From: Eledone cirrhosa
Taxonomy: Eukaryota
Assembly (NCBI GenBank): GCA_964016885.1
Contig: OZ024741.1
Coordinates: forward strand, 365,428,001-365,492,000
Length of the DNA stretch: 64,000 bases
Reading direction: 5' to 3'
Made by a program: the position numbers and the translations under genes. Below, in pieces: positions 55,620-64,000 of the stretch. Under the pieces are notes generated by a model. That model was given only the letters and a program-made list of their open reading frames with translations, was not told where the DNA came from and ran no database searches. Every line of letters starts with the position of its first letter. Position 1 is the first letter of the stretch.

Positions 55620-57156
55620 TTAAACCTTATTTAATGTTGGTCTATATTTTTGAATAAACATATTTTCCTTATTTATTCGCATTTGTTCTGTTGTATTGTT
55701 AGCGCAAAGGTAAAATGGGAAGACTTGGAATTTGGGTGTCTTATTACTTGCGCAAATGTCTAGATGTGCACTTAGCGGTATTTGTCTCGTGGTTGGATCT
55801 CGTAATTGTTGGCGATGAACTGTCATTCTGTTTCTGAGTGTGAGTTTAGTTTGTCCTATATAATCTTCATTGCATCCTTTACATTTAATGGCATAAATTA
55901 GATTTTTTGATGAGCAAGTGAAGTGATTTTTTACAGTAAAATTTTGTCCTGATTTAAATGTATACGTGTTGCCTTCAATGAGGTGAGTGCAGGTTCCACA
56001 ATTAGAGCGACCACATTTTTTGATACTTGGTTGTGGGTTTGTGGTAGGTAATTTGGCATTGGTGAGTAATGTTTTCAGTGATTTTGGTTGTCTTTTGCTT
56101 TTGATTATTTTGTGTGTTTCAAGGGCTTTTTCCATTCTTGGGTTTTGTTTTAGTAGTGGGATGTTATTGTGAATAGTGTTGTAAGTTTCCGCATTTCTTG
56201 GGTTGTGTGTTGAGATATATGATAGAATATTGGACGTATCTTGAATTTGTTTCTGTTTCCGTAATTCATCAATGCCTATTGCTTTAGCCCTTTCTATTCC
56301 ATTATTTATTAGTAATAGTGGGTACTCTCTCTCAAGTAGAATTTCCTTTAATTCTTGAAGTCTTTTATTTCGCGTTTCATAATTGGAGACAATTGTGCAA
56401 ATTCTTCTTGCTAGGTTAAAAGGAATGTTCGTCTTCGTGTGCTTTGGATGGTTGGAGGTGAATAGCAGATATTGTTTGGAATCTGTTGGTTTGTAGTATA
56501 TGTCAGTTTCGATATTTGTGTCTTTTTTTGTGATTAAGATGTCCAGAAATGGGAGTTGATCTTGGCTGTATTCCATTGTGAATTGGATGTGGTTATTGAT
56601 GCCGTTTATTAAGTTTTTGAAATCCTTCAGTTGGTCGAGTGTGTGGGACCAAAGAATGAGGCAATCATCCAAGTAGCGTTTCCAATTCTCTGATAAATAT
56701 TTGTGGAAGTTCAATCCGTATTTTGATTTGGACTGTTCATATATCTGGACTTCTAAGTATGCCATGACTAAGTTGGCATAAGTTGGAGCGGCTTTTGTGC
56801 CCATCGCAGTCCCCGATATTTGCTTGTAAGTATTGCCATCGAAATCAAAAAAGTTGTTCTGTAGGATGAATTTTAATCCCTCGGTGATGAAGCTTTTTTC
56901 TATTCTGTCAGGTATCTCATTGGGATATTTCTCTAGCCAGAATCCTATTGCTTCTAGTCCGTATTGGTGTGGGATCGTTGTGTAGAGATTCACTACATCG
57001 AAAGACACAATAATAGTGTCGTTGTTGACATGTTTGGGGAGGTGGTTTAAGAGGTCCAGATCGTCTCTTACAAGGCTTGGTATGTGTTTCAGTATTGGTT
57101 TCAGTAGTATGTCTATAAAGTTGCTCAATCTGTGTGTTTCACATTGTGGGCCATTG

Positions 57157-57158
<2 letters not shown>
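55620..57158 (-). CDS. PLE reverse transcriptase + GIY-YIG endonuclease (N-terminally truncated; the first ~57 aa of the 569-aa ORF call are read-through of TA repeat and flank)
   Basis: SFDVVNLYTTIP, YKQISGTAMGTKAAPTYANL, WKRYLDD, IQFTME..LPFLD, YYKPT, SNHP, CGRSNCGTC, NLIYAIKCKGCNEDYIGQT. No stops over ~512 codons. Confidence 0.92.
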
Positions 57159-57200
<42 letters not shown>

Positions 57201-57303
57201 CAATGAGTTACTTAAGATTTGAAATTCTCTTTCACTATTCAAACAGAACTTAAAACGAAAAGCTCTTGTTCTGAATATGTCACTATCTGTTAAACAACTT
57301 TTA

Positions 57304-57365
57304 TATTTTATCTGATGAGCGCGTACCAAAAATGTGGGTAGCCTTGAAATATATATAATAAAATA
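57304..57365 (+). ncRNA. Type-I hammerhead motif; its 3' part is inverted-duplicated across (TA)n at ~57477-57536
   Basis: tattttat CTGATGA gcGCgTACC..GGTAGCctt GAAA-tatatATA ataaaata. Confidence 0.65.
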
Positions 57366-57406
57366 AATATGGTTTTATAAAGATAGTTTCCATTTATTAA
57401 TACTTT

Positions 57407-57475
<69 letters not shown>

Positions 57476-57817
57476 ATATTAATAAATGGAACTATATTTA
57501 TAAAACCGTAATTATTTTATTATATATATTTCAAGGGCAGAGCTCAAGCCGTCGAAATGGCTTGAGCTCTGCCGTCGGGGTCAATCATTTTCCTAATACC
57601 CACTCTACTACCCTAAGTATTGAGTACTCTGGTGCGTTATGGTCCATCTGGTTCATTACCACACTTCCTTCGTTTTATATTTATATATACAAATATAAAT
57701 TAGCGAGAATCGTATTTCGGCTTTGGAAAAATTAACGCAAAACAACTTCCGAGATGTATGGCAAGCGCTCAATAATTCTAACGAACCAGAGCTACAACAT
57801 ATATATATATATATATA

Positions 57818-58243
57818 AAGGCGAAGTTCGGTGTAGTTCTTAAATATAACTTTATTAACAAAGCTGTGATGCACATTTCAATGCCGATCCTGGCCACATG
57901 GTTGTACGGTCACAGAACTGATCACGTGATCACGTCGAGCGTCATCATTATGTAATAAGTTTACGTTTCCGTGATAATCCAACCTAAAGACAAGCGAGCG
58001 GACAAAATGAGGTTTTCATAGCTGATGCCTGCTCCTTTCTCGGCTACGAACACATCAGTTTTGCCCTTGTTTTTAGATTGAATTGCCTCAGAAACGTCAC
58101 CTTATTACATAATGATGATGTGTGATGAGATCGCGTGACCGGTTACGTGATTGAACAATCACATGGCCACCGTCGTCATTGAAATATGTATCACAGCTTT
58201 CTTAACAAAGGGAAATTTAACATCAACACTGAACTTCGCATTT
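57818..58243. mobile_element. Old fold-back/MITE-like element with ~190-bp diverged inverted arms
   Basis: Pairs include gcgaagttcggtgt / acactgaacttcgc, aaagctgtgat / atcacagcttt, and catcattatgtaataag / cttattacataatgatg. Confidence 0.7.
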
Positions 58244-58413
58244 TCTTTATTCTACATATACTCTGTCACCGATTGACAAATCATATTTGGAAGAAAAAAC
58301 ATGACGGTGAGTGGTTGAATCGAATTTGCGTCATTGTTTACTGATTGGTGCGTTGCATACCCAACCCAGTTTAGTCAGCATGTTTACCGTAACAATATAT
58401 ATATATATATATA

Positions 58414-58469
<56 letters not shown>

Positions 58470-58532
58470 AGTTCCACAACAGTTAGTTCACTATATCTAC
58501 TGCTACGGATATAACCCACCAGTGTTTTACTG

Positions 58533-58597
<65 letters not shown>

Positions 58598-58600
<3 letters not shown>

Positions 58601-58952
58601 GATATTAAATAAATGGAAACTATATTTATAAAACCATATTTATTTCATTATATATATTTCAGGGATATCATATTAACAATATGTTATGCCTTCTTCAGAC
58701 AAAATACAATATAGACAGTTTTATAAATAAATAGATTTGACATACCGTTCAACATCGACTTGTATTTGAAAAGTTGATTTTCAAATACAAGTCGATGTTG
58801 AACGGTATGTCAAATCTATTTATTTATAAAACTGTCTATATTGTATTTTGTCTGAAGAAGGCATAACATATTGTTAATATGATATCCCTGAAATATATAT
58901 AATGAAATAAATATGGTTTTATAAATATAGTTTCCATTTATTTAATATCGTA
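58598..58952. repeat. Perfect palindrome, 175-bp arms, 5-nt loop, containing an HHR on each strand (+ copy 58844-58909)
   Basis: Centre tttgaaaa-gttga-ttttcaaa. HHR reads tattttgt CTGAAGA AGG..CATATTgttAATATG..CCT GAAA tatatATA atgaaata. Confidence 0.92.
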
Positions 58953-59038
58953 AATATACTCCAAATACTTGTTGAGTGCTTTTATATCAGTTATAAATAT
59001 TTACTAGTTGTAACCCAACAATTTAAATATAACTTTCC

Positions 59039-59185
<147 letters not shown>

Positions 59186-59222
59186 TGTGTGTGTGTGTGT
59201 TCATCTATTGTAAAATAGTCAG

Positions 59223-59273
59223 TCTTGTTACTCTGGAGTTTCAACTGCCCACTCAAAAGGTCACCAGACAAGA
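59223..59273 (-). ncRNA. Degenerate hammerhead (core CUGGUGA)
   Basis: Reverse complement reads tcttgt CTGGTGA ..GAAA-CTC-ca-GAGTA acaaga. Stems I and III are intact and A6 is mutated. Confidence 0.5.
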
Positions 59274-60109
59274 ACTTAAGTACAAATGAGGGTAGACATA
59301 GGGGGAGGTGGAAGACATTCTTAAAGAGGAAGAGTTACTTGAAGAGCAGGATTAATAAGATTTTAATAGAACGGAAAGGATGATAGTGGCAGTAGGGTCG
59401 GGGATATGGATATGTAAAGAAGGTGATAATGGATATGTAGGGGATATAAAGCGAAGAAAGAATAGTTTTGAAATGTTGTTCAGCTGAAATGGATATTTTT
59501 ACTGAAATAAGATAGGATGAATTGGGTCAGTGGCTATAGAATTAAGAATACACCTCCCTACTCACCCCAGCGGCACAGAGTTGTCTACCCGCAGCTGTGA
59601 GCGTCGCGAGCTGAAGTGACTCCTATATCCTCCGCCTGTTTGCTGAAAATCATGAATGTTTGATTCTTATAGAATTCTAGTAATAATCAGGAACTGATTA
59701 TACAGAGCGGTTGCCGGTCAAGCAGAAATTGAAAATTAGAATTGGTGCTCTGAAATAGCGATATATATATGAATGTATATATAGTGTATTTTGCAATACA
59801 TTGTATGCTTAATTAAAAGCATTAATTAAAAGCTTTATCTCCCCTGTTTGCTGAAAATTAAAGTAAGTGAGACTGTCACTACACTAAAACAATAGCGTAA
59901 GGTCTTCGAAATGCTTTTAATTGAAGCATACAGTGTATTGCAAAATACACTATATATACATTCATATATATATCGCTATTTCAGAGCACCAATTCTAATT
60001 TTCAATTTCTGCTTGACCGGTAACCGCTCTGTATAATCAGTTCCTGATTATTACTAGAATTCTATAAGAATCAAACATTCATGATTTTCAGCAAACAGGC
60101 GGAGTAGTT

Positions 60110-60154
60110 AGCTTTGATAAGCACCAAAAAGTGCGAAATAGAGCTCTGTCAGCT
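60110..60154 (+). ncRNA. Hammerhead ribozyme with U3-A8 core (UUGAUAA)
   Basis: AGCT TTGATAA GCAC-caaaaa-GTGC GAAA-TAGAGCTCTG-TC AGCT. Stem I is extended by ttttcagcaaaca / tgtttgctgaaaa. Confidence 0.78.
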
Positions 60155-60316
60155 TTATCTCCCTTGTTTGCTGAAAATTAAAGTAAGTGAGACTGTCACT
60201 ACTCTAATACAATAGCGTAAGGTCTTCGAAATGATTTTAATTAAGCATACAGTGTATTGAAAAATACACTATATATACATTCATATATATATCGCTATTT
60301 CAGAGCACCAATTCTA

Positions 60317-60369
<53 letters not shown>

Positions 60370-60519
60370 TTGGTGCTCTGAAATAGCGATGTATATATGA
60401 GGTATATATAGTATATTTTGCAATACACTGTATGCTTAATTAAAAGCATTTTGAAGACCTTGTGCTATTGTTTTAAAGTAGTGACTGTCACTTCTATTTT
60501 CAGCAAACAAGGGGAGATA

Positions 60520-60563
60520 AGCTGACAGAGCTCTGTTTCGTACTGTGGGTACTTATCAAAGCC
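60520..60563 (-). ncRNA. Hammerhead ribozyme with U3-A8 core, second copy
   Basis: Reverse complement reads GGCT TTGATAA GTAC-ccaca-GTAC GAAA-CAGAGCTCTG-TC AGCT. Confidence 0.78.
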
Positions 60564-60947
60564 TAGCACTTCCTTTGTTTGCTGAAAATTATGAATGTTG
60601 GATTCTTATAGAATTCCAGTAATAATCAGGAACTGATTATATAGAGCGGTTACCGGTCTAGTAAACATTGAAAATTAGAATTGGTGCTCTGAAATAGCGA
60701 TATATATATGAATGTATATATAGTGTATTTTGCAATACACTGTATGCATAATTAAAACCATTTTGAAGACCTTACGCTATTGTTTTAAAGTAGTGACTAT
60801 GCTACTTACGAAACAGAGCTCTGTTATCTTATCTCCCCTTGTTTGCTGAAAATAAAAGTAAGTGACATAGTCACTACTTTAAAAGAATAGCGCAATGTCT
60901 TCAAAATGCTTTTAAATAAGCATATGTATTGCAGTGTATTGCAAAAT

Positions 60948-60988
<41 letters not shown>

Positions 60989-60994
60989 CAGTGA

Positions 60995-61038
<44 letters not shown>

Positions 61039-61270
61039 TCACTGTTTACCCTGAACATAAGAATATATATATGTATATAGGTGAAGATATTGTGTTTTTA
61101 AGAGTGCATATAAGTGGGTAGAAAAATAACTATAATGGATGAGAGTGTTTGATGGAAGTTAGTAGTAGTGACGGTGTTGGTTTTGGTATCAGGGAAAATG
61201 TAGGAATATAAAGTTATGTAATTAAATATAAAATGTGGAGAACAGACAAAATATTTAGATACAACATATA

Positions 61271-61397
61271 TAATTGTTTTTACTATTGGCACAAGGCCAA
61301 TAATTACCCCCAGTACATTACTGGTACTTTATTTTATCGACCCCGTAAGGATGAAAGGCAAAGTTAACCTCGGCGGGATTTGAACTGAGAATGGCAA
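61271..61397 (-). mobile_element. SINE A copy (truncated)
   Basis: Family motifs. Confidence 0.8.
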
Positions 61398-61989
61398 AAT
61401 GAGATGTGTAATATACCGCTATATAATATAATGAATATTATGAAATATAATCATATAAACAAAAGATAAAATTATGAAATATAGATTTGTTCCGTAACAT
61501 CTAAGAGTGATGACATATACAAATATGGTAATTGCGTGGAGGTTGTGGAGGGTTGGTGTCGATATCAAGAAAATATGTAAAATATGAGGTATGAAAGTTG
61601 GAAAATAAAAACAAAAAGAATTAAAATAATATAAAAATAAGGTAAGATATAATGATTGGGAAGATATACGATCATATAGTTATGGAAGATAATACACGAC
61701 ATATAAGAGTTGTGAAATATATGAAACAAATCGTTTTCATGTTGGTTTACCTGTAATCCTCAGAGCTTAAGTGGTGGCAGTGGTTGCTGAAATATAAAAT
61801 CAAGACGATATGGTGATGAAGATGGTGATGGTGGTGGTGTTGATGAGTGGGTGTTCCGAAATATACACTATCTGCTACACTTAGTTAACCACTAGGTGAT
61901 CCGTGAGGCAGTGGGTTATCCGGTATTTTTATTGGTGTCCAAGGGATGGATATGTTTGAGGCAACAAAGGCTGAAATTTCTTGTAAATA

Positions 61990-62430
61990 GTCAAGAAGAC
62001 AGGGTTTCCTCACGTGAGTTCAAGATGTTAGTTGATGAGTGTATTTAGATTTTCAATCATACATAAATGGTATCTCGTGCCAAGTCTGTTATAGGATTTC
62101 GCCTTTGCCACAAAGTGGCGTTTCATCTTACATTTATCAATCTCCTTGTCTTTCAATTCTCAAATATATTTTGACAGAGATGTTGAATTGTGCAGTCTTC
62201 TGTTATTGAATGTATTCAGGTATTGAAGCGGCATTTAAAGGTATTTTAAGTCAATCCAATGTAAAATTTCCGGTATGTTTTGGGTTTATATACGAGATCC
62301 CTTGATAGGAATTTATAGTCCAGCGATGTATACTTGAGATGCCTGAGACGTGTTGCTAGTTTGTTCACGATTAGTTATCCTATATTGTTAAGGTAGCTGT
62401 AGCTTACCTTAACTGTATTCTTGTTAAAAC
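61990..62430 (-). pseudogene. Decayed PLE GIY-YIG region
   Basis: Reverse translation gives FNKNTVKVSYS, LVYK, FYIGLT..FKCRF and LNSREE motifs, interrupted by stops. Confidence 0.65.
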
Positions 62431-63792
62431 ATTATATATATATATATATATATATGTATATGTATATGTATGTATATGTATGTATATGTATGTATGTGTA
62501 TCACAGAGGTCCGACGAGCTTTTGATTTCAGAGTCGGGCTAGATCGATACAGATCGAACCTTGAGCTGATCAGTAGAGAAACACACGTTACCAACCAATA
62601 AACGTAATGAAGGAGTAACCATTCGTCCTTGTATTATATCTCGTATATATGTGCGTGCGTGCGTGCATGCGCGCGCGCGTGTGTGTGTGTGTGTTGCGAT
62701 GCGAAGGGGTTTGGTTTATTAGGTTGTTTGTCTTATGATATCGATTTTTAGCGGAGCGTTGTGTCTTTGAGCAATATATTTTATTTTACATTGTTTTAGT
62801 TCACTCATCTAGCAAATGTGAGTTGTACCTATAATTGAAAGGCCAACATATTCTCATACTGTCTCACCTATATAACATCCTTAAAGTTACACGAGTTTAT
62901 GGAGAGCTCTGACGGCGCCAGTGCCAAGCTGTATCGGCTCACGGCCTTACCACTTCGGACGACATTGGAAAGTCGGTCGATTTTGCAGACTCATTCGAGT
63001 GTTGAATATTTGTTCCGTCTCTATGCACTCTCAGCTCAAATCCCGCCGAGGTCTACGTTGTCTTTCCTTATTTCTCGGTCGATAATTACCGGTTATCGGA
63101 CACTGCATCTTCCGCTGAATCAAAGCTATAAAATGTGTGTGTTGGACGATTGTCAGTTCTGACAGCAAGGATTCCAGATATTGGATAAACGAATATCCTT
63201 CTCGTGAAATTGATACATACGTGGGTGAGAATTCCCTAGGCATGTGCGCCCTTAACGTAGCTCTGAATGAGACTGAACATAACCCAGTTCCTGACAAGGC
63301 TGGCCCTTTGAATTACAGTTACATCTCATGTATGACAGATGAGTGGAGTAGATCAATGTAAAATAAATTACCTTGCTCAAGGACACAACATGTCACCGTT
63401 ATTCGAAATCATAAACTTACCTTCGTTAGTTAAAGACCCTAACAACATAGCTATGAAATACTGCGAAATGCATTAACGGTATAGCGAGAGACAAGGTCGA
63501 GATGCAATGAGGATGGTGATAAGGGGTGCGAGAGAAGCACAGGGGAGAGAGAGAGAGGGAGAGAGATAGTAGAATATGATTTCATAAATATTAAAATGAG
63601 TTGATTGGAAATCGATATATAATGCCGACAATAATCGAATATAAACTTACTCTGGAGCTGTTTATCTCTACTTGTCTATCTTTAAAACAACCTGTAGCAT
63701 GCGTGCATAAGTTTAGTTATTCTATCAAACTAATACACACAGGACCAGACAGACAGACACCCACACGCACTCTCTCTCTCTCACACACCCAC

Positions 63793-63869
<77 letters not shown>

Positions 63870-64000
63870 CGTATCTGTTTTTCTCTCTATATATATATAT
63901 ACAAATAACATAAGCCAATATTGATTAATATGCTCTCTATAAAATGTCTAGTTTATAGTCGACTAAGTTATAAAGTGTAATTCTCTTAAAATGTCACACC

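Larger units (their letters stand above)
54402..57158 (-). mobile_element. Young 5'-truncated Penelope-like retroelement (Neptune-type), between two (TA)n tracts
   Basis: Intact ORF, ~1.2-kb 3' UTR with CA repeats, and a terminal U3-A8 HHR at 54542-54579. Confidence 0.88.
59630..60950. mobile_element. Retrozyme-like family R2: ~311-bp units in tandem and inverted arrangement
   Basis: Period 311 (ttagaattggtgctc at 60364 and 60675). IR at 59630-59823 / 59910-60104. HHRs at 60110-60154 (+) and 60520-60563 (-). Confidence 0.78.

Noticed and set aside
57159-57329. N-terminal 57 aa of the 569-aa ORF
   Set aside because: Reads through a (TA)n tract into an unrelated repeat. The PLE is 5'-truncated at ~57158.

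Overview
AT-rich, microsatellite-saturated eukaryotic (metazoan) non-coding DNA with no convincing host gene. The dominant tRNA-derived SINE resembles octopus/coleoid cephalopod SINEs (taxon is my inference). Almost all ORFs in the track are artefacts of (TA)n, (CA)n or (CT)n runs. Real content: about 20 copies of one SINE, a second CORE-type SINE, and decayed LINEs (RTE, CR1, Tx1/L1-like, R4/Dong-like). There are also several Penelope-like elements (PLEs), including an uninterrupted ~510-codon RT+GIY-YIG ORF at 55620-57158 (-). The hidden signal is RNA-structural: at least 15 minimal type-I hammerhead ribozyme (HHR) motifs from many unrelated repeat families, nearly all with palindromic stem III and lying beside (TA)n tracts or inside long fold-back palindromes. 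Two families use a non-canonical core, UUGANAA (C3-G8 pair swapped to U3-A8). One terminates the young PLE. The other sits in a ~310-nt tandem, retrozyme-like unit with a compensatory stem-II change between copies. Ribozyme activity is inferred from manual folding only.
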